Origin: Flavobacteriales bacterium UBA2669
GTDB taxonomy: Bacteria > Bacteroidota > Bacteroidia > Flavobacteriales_E > Vicingaceae
Direction: 5' to 3'
Assembly: GCA_002359215.1 (NCBI GenBank)
Contig: DEMN01000001.1
Coordinates: forward strand, 16,593 to 80,592
Length of the DNA stretch: 64,000 nt
Shown here: one piece after another, positions 47,660-55,643 of the stretch
How the letters are laid out: every line of letters begins with the position of its first letter
Position numbering within the stretch: position 1 is the stretch's first letter
The notes under the pieces: generated by a model
Seen by the model: only the letters and a program-made list of their open reading frames with translations
What the model was told of the DNA's origin: nothing
Databases searched by the model: none
Position numbers and translations under genes: made by a program

Positions 47660-49231
47660 TTATCCTAAATGATTTTTTTTGATTATCTCCGAACATGGTT
47701 CGGTTCGGAATTGTCTGAAATAAACCAGTAGAGTAATGGTTTGATTAGGTGCTATGTTAAACTGCCAGGTGTTCTTCCCGTCAATGATAGTTCCCTCTAA
47801 GTCGATCATCTCCGATACATTGAGAAAATTTTGCGGATGTCTGTAATTTTCATGGGAGATGGGAGTTGTCTTTTTTATTCCTGTAGGGGTTTCTTCTATG
47901 TGATTCAACACCTTAAATCGCTCTGTTCCGGAGAGCACCCATTTGGTATGCTTAACAATACCCGGATGATACAGAAAGTCTTGCGACTTGTACTTATAAT
48001 CTTCATTAATGGAAATATTACTGCTTTGATCGGCATACCCCATCAGGTTCACTGAATCTGTAGCGGTATCGGCAATAACCAACTGACTAGTAGCAGTATT
48101 GATAGCCATACCAATGTTTACATTGCCTTTACTGATGGTTGCACGAAGAGTTTTGTCAGGAGCAATTACCGTAAAGGTATCATCCGCACGATTTCCCACA
48201 TACAGGAAGTTGTTAGCCGGATTAAAAATGCTTTTATAGGGACTGTTGCCGGTAGCTATTGAAGGCAGTAAATTATGTGTACTCCCTTCAATGGGAAATA
48301 GTTCATTACTCTGCGAACATACCACATACATTTCATCATTTACAGGATGATAAGTAACAGAAACCGGAGTAGTTCCTACTGCTGCTAAGGTGTTTATTAA
48401 ATTATTGGCAGCATCCCATATACTTACTGTATTATCCGATGAATTAGCAACATAAATTTCACCATTTATGGGATGAATACCCACTCCTAATGGATCTGTT
48501 CCCACCCCTAGTGTAGTACTTACATTTTCTGTATCCGTGTCAATGACCGTTAGATTATCTGAAAAAAGATTAACCACATAGAGTTGATTATTTACCGGAT
48601 TAAATGCCAAATCAACGGGACGTACTCCCGTAGCAATGGTATTTGTTACATTAAGTGAAAGGTCAATAACACTTACCGTATCTGTTACTGAACCTGCTAC
48701 ATAAACCTTTCCGTAATGAACACTTGAACTGTTGGTATTGACTGCTACAGCTACCGGAGAATTGAACCCCAAAACAGAAGCTTGTAATTCTACTAGCTGA
48801 ACCAATTGCCCTGCTATATCTATTACCGATACATTGTTGCTTAACTGATTGGCTACATAAGTCAGCCCGTTAGCCGGATTAACGGCTATCCCTTGAGGAT
48901 GTGTAGCTAAAGAAGCTCCTGAATCATTAATAAAATCCGAATAAGCCAGCGTGTAGTTAATTTTATGATCCTCTACATCGGTTAACAGGGGAGGACTGAC
49001 TGTGTTTGCTTTATTCATTCCCCACAAGCTGATGAGTCGCTGCTTATTAGAGCTATTGGTAATGGTAAGTTGTGTTTTATCAAACACCCTAAGCAACCAC
49101 GTGTAAAAAGCACTGTATGACCGAGGTGGTTGCCGGTGTACCGGTTGAATAATAGAGGGGTGTATACGCTTAACCAGCTGTTCTGCATTCTTATGAATGT
49201 GGTATAATATGTTCGTTTTGTTATTCATCAT
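47660..49231 (-). CDS. 523-aa YVTN-type beta-propeller protein
   Basis: Repeated blades: LTYVANQLSNNVSVIDI, VYVAGSVTDTVSVIDL, LYVVNLFSDNLTVIDT, IYVANSSDNTVSIWD, MYVVCSQSNELFPI, LYVGNRADDTFTVI. Confidence 0.75.
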   Translation of the reverse strand: MMNNKTNILYHIHKNAEQLVKRIHPSIIQPVHRQPPRSYSAFYTWLLRVFDKTQLTITNSSNKQRLISLWGMNKANTVSPPLLTDVEDHKINYTLAYSDFINDSGASLATHPQGIAVNPANGLTYVANQLSNNVSVIDIAGQLVQLVELQASVLGFNSPVAVAVNTNSSSVHYGKVYVAGSVTDTVSVIDLSLNVTNTIATGVRPVDLAFNPVNNQLYVVNLFSDNLTVIDTDTENVSTTLGVGTDPLGVGIHPINGEIYVANSSDNTVSIWDAANNLINTLAAVGTTPVSVTYHPVNDEMYVVCSQSNELFPIEGSTHNLLPSIATGNSPYKSIFNPANNFLYVGNRADDTFTVIAPDKTLRATISKGNVNIGMAINTATSQLVIADTATDSVNLMGYADQSSNISINEDYKYKSQDFLYHPGIVKHTKWVLSGTERFKVLNHIEETPTGIKKTTPISHENYRHPQNFLNVSEMIDLEGTIIDGKNTWQFNIAPNQTITLLVYFRQFRTEPCSEIIKKNHLG

Positions 49232-50016
49232 TAGTTCACAGCTGTATGTGTTGCTTTATAGCGGTCAATAAAATCAATAATGTCTTTGGTGCGTATGACT
49301 TGTTCAGGACCGGTGGTTCCCGGATGCATCAGAAATACTTTAGTAGCGGCATACACCGCTTCTATAGTGGGGTAGCCCAAATCTAAATACAGTTTTAAGG
49401 CAGCCATGTCTGCCGGTTTTTCTTTTCGGGTAGGCAGGGTAAAGTGTTGTCTTTCGTGCAACATAATAAATAACCTAACCGGTATGGAGAATTGTTTGAA
49501 CAGCTCCTGTGCTACTTGATGTCTTCCTGTTACCTGTTGGGTACGTGCAGGGGTAATCATTACCTGCCCCATACTGCCTGTAATTTTTGGTAAATAGTGA
49601 ATTAAAAATTGGTAATCCAAACTATGGTAAAAGCCTGTTTTTACATAACCTGCTTTTTGACAAAAATCTTCTGCAAATCTTATAAAGTCATGCATGTGCT
49701 CATCTGCCCAAACTCTGGATGCAGGCATATCTTCTATCTTGAATTTTTCTATCCTGAAGGAAGTATCGTCTTTACTGAATTTATCTATCAACTCTACCGA
49801 TAAGGTGTCAGGAGAAACAGGCATGGGAATAGTAATTTCCCGATAAGTTGTTCCTTTGGAAAAATCTTCAGTAAGAAAAGTAACTTTTCTTCTAAAGTAG
49901 TGGGTATTGTATCTGGTGGCATCATACGCCTTTATCCCCAAATGAAATGGAGTTAATGCCCGTATGCCGATACGAATGCGAAAACGTTTTTTATTGGAAG
50001 ATACCGGTATAACCAC
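49231..50016 (-). CDS. 261-aa protein with an HExxH motif (possible zinc metallopeptidase)
   Basis: MLHERQHF: the HERQH codons lie at nt 49444-49458. GTG start. Confidence 0.5.
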   Translation of the reverse strand: MVIPVSSNKKRFRIRIGIRALTPFHLGIKAYDATRYNTHYFRRKVTFLTEDFSKGTTYREITIPMPVSPDTLSVELIDKFSKDDTSFRIEKFKIEDMPASRVWADEHMHDFIRFAEDFCQKAGYVKTGFYHSLDYQFLIHYLPKITGSMGQVMITPARTQQVTGRHQVAQELFKQFSIPVRLFIMLHERQHFTLPTRKEKPADMAALKLYLDLGYPTIEAVYAATKVFLMHPGTTGPEQVIRTKDIIDFIDRYKATHTAVN

Positions 50017-50041
50017 TTTTTTAATTGTTAATTGATAATTG

Positions 50042-50452
50042 TTATTTATTCATTACAAGCTGCTTTAATGCCTTATTTTTTCGATAATGGCTAAGCCCCC
50101 AAACTCCTACTGTAAATACTGCTACTGCACTAATGATGAGTACTTCTTTGGAAATTCCTTTTTCGGTTGTTGCTTTTTCCTCTTTTGTATGCCCCATGCT
50201 TACTTCAACATTACTAGGTGCTTTAAAGGACTTTATTACCCCCTTTACTCCTTGAGTTGTTTCTATTATCCCCTGAGCTCCTCCTAATTGCTGATAACCT
50301 TTATTAATATTTTCCCAAAAAGCACTACGCTTCTCTTTACTTGCCTTCTTTTCTTGTTCGGTTTTCTTTCCGAACCACTTTCCTAAAAAGTAATCGAAGG
50401 GATAATCTTCTGCTGTAAGTCCATGTATGTACTCTAATTCTCCTGTAATCAT
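50042..50452 (-). CDS. Tail-anchored membrane protein (136 aa)
   Basis: C-terminal TM VLIISAVAVFTVGVWGL. Confidence 0.55.
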   Translation of the reverse strand: MITGELEYIHGLTAEDYPFDYFLGKWFGKKTEQEKKASKEKRSAFWENINKGYQQLGGAQGIIETTQGVKGVIKSFKAPSNVEVSMGHTKEEKATTEKGISKEVLIISAVAVFTVGVWGLSHYRKNKALKQLVMNK

Positions 50453-50552
50453 TTTTTAAAATGCTAAGTTTTAAATTATAAGTGTTGAATTAGTTGTCTT
50501 TATTTATCATTTAACATTCTATATATCATTCAACACGTAACATTTAAAATGG

Positions 50553-50780
50553 CTACACAATCATCATCACCTTTAATGTGGAACCATTTACTACAAAGGG
50601 AAACTGAGGATAACCCTTACCGACAAAGGGATAGGTTTTTTCTTCTCCCGGTGGGAGATTTATCCCATTAACCGTTGCTATTTGAGCTCCCGTATTCTTA
50701 ATTGAAGCAAATAAAAAGCCCTGAGGTAGATTGCCATCGACGGTGTAATCCTGTTCTATTATCTGTGCCAGTATATTCAT
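50553..50780 (-). CDS. 75-aa beta-rich protein
   Basis: Clean ORF preceded by a GGAGA-type RBS. Confidence 0.5.
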   Translation of the reverse strand: MNILAQIIEQDYTVDGNLPQGFLFASIKNTGAQIATVNGINLPPGEEKTYPFVGKGYPQFPFVVNGSTLKVMMIV

Positions 50781-50815
50781 TCTCCATTTTTTATTCTCTG
50801 TTCTCTAATCTGTCT

Positions 50816-51547
50816 TTAAGCAGCTTTGGCAACTACCGGTTTTTTATTTCCTACAAAAAGTGCAATCCCTCCGATAACTACCACTGCAGCAATCCCTCCG
50901 ATGATAAGTACCGTGTTATTGTTTGATTTTGTATCTCCTTTGCCGGACTTTTCTGCTTCAGCTCTACGTCTACGGTCTTCATCTTCTCTGCGTCTGCGTT
51001 CTGTTTCTTCTCTTTCTCTTCTTTGTCTTTCTTTCTGTTCACGCATTCTGCGTTCGGCTTCTTCCTGTTGTCTTCTCCTGTCAGCTTCCATTTGTTGCAT
51101 TTTTGCTTCCATTTCAGCTTTCATCTGTGATGCCTGTGCTGCTGCTGTAGCTAATCCTGCTGCACTGCTTCCTCCTGAAGAGCTTTTTTTACCTCCAAAT
51201 AACCCGGATAGTCCTCCGAGTGCTCCTTTGGCTAGTCCTCCAACCAATCCACCTAAAAACAAATCTTCTTTGTTCAATAATGCACGGTTACTCTCCAGTG
51301 CCATAATTTCAATGCCTTTATGTTCTAAGTGAATGGATAATAATTTCTCCAAATCATTATTGAATGACTGATTGTTTTGTTTTAACAGTTCTATTACCTG
51401 ATTGATTACATCTCTTCGGGTAGGTTTAAAAGAAAAAATAACTCCGTGTTTTGCCAGTAGCTTAACTACTGCTTCCGGTTTAGTTAGAATTAAATGGGTG
51501 ATTAACTCTAACACGTCTTTTTGTTTTTTGGTGTATGTGGTTTTCAT
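50816..51547 (-). CDS. Tail-anchored protein with a Gly/Ala-rich segment and an E/R-rich single-alpha-helix-like segment
   Basis: EADRRRQQEEAERRMREQKERQRREREETERRRREDEDRRRRAEAEK. C-terminal TM LIIGGIAAVVVIGGIALFV. Confidence 0.65.
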   Translation of the reverse strand: MKTTYTKKQKDVLELITHLILTKPEAVVKLLAKHGVIFSFKPTRRDVINQVIELLKQNNQSFNNDLEKLLSIHLEHKGIEIMALESNRALLNKEDLFLGGLVGGLAKGALGGLSGLFGGKKSSSGGSSAAGLATAAAQASQMKAEMEAKMQQMEADRRRQQEEAERRMREQKERQRREREETERRRREDEDRRRRAEAEKSGKGDTKSNNNTVLIIGGIAAVVVIGGIALFVGNKKPVVAKAA

Positions 51548-51585
51548 TTTTTTAGTGTTTATTGATTCTTACATCATTTTTATCG

Positions 51586-52293
51586 TTAAGTTGCCGAAGT
51601 GGTTAGTGCTGTTTTATTTTTATCCGTATTTGAAATAATAATACCTGCAACAACGGCAACTAGCCCCATTATTCCCATAATGCCGACTATCTTTAGTGCT
51701 ACAGGTGTTTTTTCTTCGGAGGAATTGTTATCCTGCTGCTTGTTTTGGCTTGAATTGACTTTTTCTTCTTGGTTATCTATTAGCTCCTGATGCGTTTGAA
51801 ATTGGAGGGTACTTTTTAGACTTTCCTCTTGAGCTTGTTGTTTTAACTGTTTTACCTGCTCTGTTGACAATTCTTTTACAAAGGGCTTACTTAAGGAAGC
51901 TGCAATAAGCTGCTCTGCACTAAGTTTCATTTTTGCTTTTTTAGGTACTGTGTAACGAATCAGTGCATCAGGAATAAACGAATCGGTATTCTCCGGTATT
52001 CGCTGACCGGCTAGCAATTGAGCAAGGTCATAATTGAACTCATTGTCCTTTTGGCTAATGGCATAAATGGCTGCTGCTGTAAGTACTGTTTTATTGGGCT
52101 GATCAGGAAGCTTTATTCCATAGTTTTTTAATAAGGTGGTAAGTTGTTCGGCCTCGTCAGCTACGACCACCCCTAACAACTTAAATAATGCCAGTGATGA
52201 CTCATCTAGTGCCACCGGCTCTTTTTTCTGCTGTTTATCTTGTACCACTCTTACCATTGCTGAAATATTAAATTCTAAGTAGTCTATCCTCAA
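51586..52293 (-). CDS. Tail-anchored protein, paralogous N-terminal domain (start possibly the ATG at 52257)
   Basis: LLKNYGIKLPDQ...FNYDLAQLL. C-terminal TM IVGIMGIMGLVAVVAGIII. Confidence 0.6.
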   Translation of the reverse strand: MRIDYLEFNISAMVRVVQDKQQKKEPVALDESSLALFKLLGVVVADEAEQLTTLLKNYGIKLPDQPNKTVLTAAAIYAISQKDNEFNYDLAQLLAGQRIPENTDSFIPDALIRYTVPKKAKMKLSAEQLIAASLSKPFVKELSTEQVKQLKQQAQEESLKSTLQFQTHQELIDNQEEKVNSSQNKQQDNNSSEEKTPVALKIVGIMGIMGLVAVVAGIIISNTDKNKTALTTSAT

Positions 52294-52330
52294 CTTGATT
52301 GGGGATTGAATTAGTTGTTGCTTCTTATTG

Positions 52331-52377
52331 CTATTTTCTAACTTCTCTGTTCTTTTCTCTGTTCTCTATTCTCTATG
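52331..52377. repeat. Pyrimidine tract carrying TTCTCTGTTCT twice (52343-52353 and 52355-52365)
   Basis: Read directly from the sequence. Member of the R/Y family. Confidence 0.7.
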
Positions 52378-52399
52378 CTAACTGTTGTCTTCTTATTGC

Positions 52400-53086
52400 T
52401 CAATTACTCCTAAATGCCGAACCGATTAAGATGCCTGTTGCCAGAATAACTCCGGCAATGACCAGTTCACTTTTTTTAACATGTTGGCAAAAGGAGCATT
52501 CTTCTTGTTCTCCGTTTTCAGAAGCATCATCTTTTTCTGTTGTCTTATTCATTCGCTCTCTCAACTGGTTCCATACCAGTTGAACTTCATCGGCTAGCTG
52601 ATTATCTCCAGGGTTTTTATTAGCCTTGTTTAATACCTCTGTGTAATATTTTTCTAAGGCTGCTGTTTCCATGTTTTCCAAGCTGTTTAGAAACTTTCCT
52701 ACATCGGTACTTCCTGTGAAATTGACATGTCCGCATCCTCCGCAGTAATTGTCTTCAGCGAGGTAAGTGGAATTGCCGCAAGCTCCGCAAAAATTAGCTT
52801 CTTCAGGTTGGGTATATTTTAAAATGGCTTTTTTATCGGGATGGATATAAAGGAGGTCTTTGATGGCCTTTATTCCTTTTTTCTTTACCAGTAATTTTAC
52901 CGTTTCCACTAGCGAATGCACATCTTTTGGAGCTTCATACCCATATTCATTCACTAGCTCTCTGGCTTCTTTTTGCCTATTGTACACGATATATGCAATC
53001 TTGTTTTGGGCAAACTTGGAACGTCTTTTTTTAGTCTTGTTTTCCATGGGTCTTTTATCATTAATTATTAAGTGGAAGCTGCTCAT
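52400..53086 (-). CDS. Tail-anchored protein with a CxxC...CxxC zinc ribbon and a paralogous N-terminal domain
   Basis: LVNEYGYEAPKD...IKDLLYIH, CGACGNSTYLAEDNYCGGCGH, and C-terminal TM LVIAGVILATGILIGSAF. Confidence 0.6.
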   Translation of the reverse strand: MSSFHLIINDKRPMENKTKKRRSKFAQNKIAYIVYNRQKEARELVNEYGYEAPKDVHSLVETVKLLVKKKGIKAIKDLLYIHPDKKAILKYTQPEEANFCGACGNSTYLAEDNYCGGCGHVNFTGSTDVGKFLNSLENMETAALEKYYTEVLNKANKNPGDNQLADEVQLVWNQLRERMNKTTEKDDASENGEQEECSFCQHVKKSELVIAGVILATGILIGSAFRSN

Positions 53087-53172
53087 GCGAAATAAAAACA
53101 GCCAAAGAGAGCTTTATGTGGCTACTTTGGCTGTTTATCTTCTCCTTAAGGCAAAGTCTTGCTTTGTTTTTC

Positions 53173-54021
53173 CTATCTTCTTCTAACTAGCCTCATAGCA
53201 GGTCTTTTTACCACTGTGGTTCTTGGAGCTCCTGATCGGATAGGTCTTACTACTTGCCTTACAGCCGGTCTAACACCAAATGCACCGGTATTTTGCTTTC
53301 TTAACAAATCGATTTGTGGTAATCCGGTTGTTCTTGGTGCATCAGATAATTCGGCTACATTGTTTCCTTTTAACAGGTTACCCATGTTTGCTCTTGCTTT
53401 AATGGTGAAGGTAAATACCATTGTAACACCATCTTTCACAATTACTCGTAATGAATCCTGACCGGTAACGTCCATCTCGAAGTTGTTATCGTCAATCAAG
53501 CTTTGGGTAAAGTTCTGTGGAGAGGTAGCATTTCTTGGTTGATACACTCGTTCGGTATTACTTCCCGCTGCTGTTCGCTTTACGATTTTCAGTATGTTAT
53601 CAAACTGCAGGGGGTTAGATACCGACAGTTTCATTCCCCTGATTTTAAAAGGATTCGCTTTGGATTCTTCTCTCACTTCTTTGTGGGAGCTTTCCTCAAC
53701 GGTTACCGTTACTCCTGCGGGTTGTGCTGCTTCTTCATTGCCTCCAAACAGGATGGCTTGTGCTGCTGCTCCTGAGGCATTAGCTACTACTACGGTTAAG
53801 GTTCGGTCGTTGGGATCTATCTTTCCGATGGAAGTAGTGGTATAATTGTCATACATCCCCGATCTCATTCTACTTACATCTATATACTCCATCTCCTGAA
53901 AGTCCTCATTGCCCTCAAAACCGGTATCAAAATAATCTTCATCGTAATCTCCATTGAAGTCATCATACCTGCTTTCTGCATCTATCTCGTAGTCTAATAT
54001 TTCGTCTTCATAATCTCTCAT
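53173..54021 (-). CDS. 282-aa protein with an acidic N-terminus, a beta-rich core and an Arg-rich C-terminal tail (capsid or nucleoprotein candidate)
   Basis: N-terminus DYEDEILDYEIDAESRYDDFNGDYDEDYFD. Tail GVRPAVRQVVRPIRSGAPRTTVVKRPAMRLVRRR. Confidence 0.7.
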   Translation of the reverse strand: MRDYEDEILDYEIDAESRYDDFNGDYDEDYFDTGFEGNEDFQEMEYIDVSRMRSGMYDNYTTTSIGKIDPNDRTLTVVVANASGAAAQAILFGGNEEAAQPAGVTVTVEESSHKEVREESKANPFKIRGMKLSVSNPLQFDNILKIVKRTAAGSNTERVYQPRNATSPQNFTQSLIDDNNFEMDVTGQDSLRVIVKDGVTMVFTFTIKARANMGNLLKGNNVAELSDAPRTTGLPQIDLLRKQNTGAFGVRPAVRQVVRPIRSGAPRTTVVKRPAMRLVRRR

Positions 54022-54102
54022 GATTCTAAATTTTAATCGTTAATAACTTGGTTTGCTTTTGTTACAACAACCGTTAACAGGGTTTCCCTTAAAGGGAAAA
54101 TC

Positions 54103-54258
54103 TTATTTTTTGGTGGTTGTTGCACCTTTATTCTCTGCCGACTTTTTTGCTTTGGCTTTATCCATTGCCGGCTTCACTACAAATACACCTAGTGCGGTTC
54201 CTACTGCCAATAATCCCAATCCAACGGGAAGACATATTTTCCAATCAATATCTTTCAT
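54103..54258 (-). CDS. 51-aa single-TM protein with a basic C-terminus (coat-protein-like topology)
   Basis: Hand translation: MKDIDWKICLPVGLGLLAVGTALGVFVVKPAMDKAKAKKSAENKGATTTKK. Below the ORF-track cutoff. First gene of the minus-strand structural block. Confidence 0.45.
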   Translation of the reverse strand: MKDIDWKICLPVGLGLLAVGTALGVFVVKPAMDKAKAKKSAENKGATTTKK

Positions 54259-54505
54259 GTGTTTATTTTTTTTAAAATTTGTAGTATGCTTGTAAAAGTG
54301 TTAAAATAGTAGTTTCAATCTTTTACTTTTTTCTTGTCTTTTTTAAGGAGATTTTTTTCGTTTTTGTTCTTACTTAAATCTTTAAATGTTAAAAACAAGC
54401 GTTCTCACTTAAAGTGGTCTTTAAACCGAATGATAAGGCTAAATTGGAGGGATTTTCCCTTGTTTACAAGGTGTGCTTTTGTACTTTGGTACAGAAAACA
54501 AAAGC

Positions 54506-54549
54506 ATTGTTATCGTAAACCGCTGATAAAAACGATACAATTATTTTTT
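54506..54549 (+). terminator. Rho-independent terminator-like hairpin
   Basis: ATTGTTATCGT (54506-54516) pairs with ACGATACAAT (54532-54541) with one bulge, followed by TATTTTTT. Confidence 0.5.
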
Positions 54550-54597
54550 GAAAAAGTAACTATGTTATAGTATGAATATTAAAAATAATTATCATAT

Positions 54598-54652
54598 TTG
54601 TTCATTATTTAGCTTTGTTCATGTTTCGTGAACAAATAATAAAAGTGAACAT
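54598..54652. promoter_or_regulatory. Operator-like TGTTCA/TGAACA repeats upstream of and overlapping the AbiEi-like gene start
   Basis: TTTGTTCA at 54598-54605 and 54614-54621, TGAACAAA at 54629-54636, TGAACAT at 54646-54652. The central pair is a perfect 8-bp inverted repeat with a 7-nt spacer. Confidence 0.5.
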
Positions 54653-55643
54653 GAGACATCAAAATATCATAGAAAATGGTTTTGCTCATTTAAAAAATGA
54701 GCTAGAAAATGTTATTGAATGGGAACATCTTACCTATAAAAATACAGACATACCTTATGATGCTGTTTTTGTAGTGAATGATTTGGATCTTTATGTCGAA
54801 GCAAAAAATGAGGTAAGACCGATTCAGGTGGAGCAATTAAGTCAACAAAAAAAACATTTTGGAAACTTATTGGTTATTGCCAATTACATTACCCCAAATG
54901 CAAAGGAATTGTTAAAAGAAAAAGGGATTAACTATGTAGATGGGCAAGGAAACATTTGGCTGAAATTTCCTCCTGTTTATATTCATATTGAAGGTATTCC
55001 TAAACAAAACACTCCAAAACATAAGAAAAACAGGGCTTTTACTAAAACAGGAATCAAAGTAATTTTTCAACTTTTAGTGGATAATGAGCTAGTTAATACC
55101 ACTTATCGAAACATAGCAGAAAAAGCTGAAGTAGCATTAGGAACAATCACTAGAGTAATTGAAGGATTAAAAGAGGAAGGTTTTTTAGTTAAAAAGAACA
55201 AAGACCAATGGGTAATTACCAACTATGCTGAATTGTTGAACCGTTGGCAAGAAGAATATAGCAAACGATTAAAACCTGCTTTATTTGTAAAGCGTTATCG
55301 ACCTACCGATGAAAATTTTCATGTGAACTGGAAAAAATTACAGCTCCAACATGATACGGTTTGGGGTGGGGAACCGGCTGCTGATATACTCACTAATTAT
55401 TTACAACCTGAACAATATACTTTGTATACTCGCCAACATGGACAAGACATTATGAAAGCTTACCGTTGGGTTCCGGATGATGAAGGAGAAATTTTTATTT
55501 ACAAAAAATTTTGGATTACGCCTTTGGATAAACAAAACCTTGCTCCGGCATTATTGATTTATGCAGAACTAATGGATACCAAAGATAGCAGGTGTATTGA
55601 AACAGCAACTATAATTTATGAGCAATTCTTACAAAAACCTTAA
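54615..55643 (+). CDS. AbiEi-like antitoxin / wHTH regulator (start more likely the ATG at 54651)
   Basis: wHTH segment TYRNIAEKAEVALGTITRVIEGLKEEGFLVKK. Overlaps the downstream nucleotidyltransferase gene. Confidence 0.55.
   Translation: MFMFREQIIKVNMRHQNIIENGFAHLKNELENVIEWEHLTYKNTDIPYDAVFVVNDLDLYVEAKNEVRPIQVEQLSQQKKHFGNLLVIANYITPNAKELLKEKGINYVDGQGNIWLKFPPVYIHIEGIPKQNTPKHKKNRAFTKTGIKVIFQLLVDNELVNTTYRNIAEKAEVALGTITRVIEGLKEEGFLVKKNKDQWVITNYAELLNRWQEEYSKRLKPALFVKRYRPTDENFHVNWKKLQLQHDTVWGGEPAADILTNYLQPEQYTLYTRQHGQDIMKAYRWVPDDEGEIFIYKKFWITPLDKQNLAPALLIYAELMDTKDSRCIETATIIYEQFLQKP

Noticed and set aside
42034-52377. The TTCTCT-rich repeats as a CRISPR array
   Set aside because: The repeats are degenerate and of variable length. 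They are separated by whole genes rather than 25-40-nt spacers. No cas genes are present.
45481-53845. Other alternative-frame or opposite-strand ORFs in the element. These are 45481..45696, 46775..46990, 47321..47575, 47831..48055, 49609..49803, 50087..50287, 50702..50926, 50826..51332, 50923..51150, 51402..51638, 51599..51790, 52299..52583, 52860..53186, 53159..53461, 53503..53775 and 53594..53845.
   Set aside because: Each overlaps a minus-strand gene that has recognisable domains or TM topology. Several are antisense readings of E/R- or G/A-rich codon runs.
54053-54570. Plus-strand ORFs 54053..54295 and 54334..54570
   Set aside because: 54053..54295 is antisense to a more plausible 51-aa TM ORF. 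54334..54570 has a TTG start, has an aromatic and basic low-complexity sequence, and coincides with stacked hairpins and a terminator.
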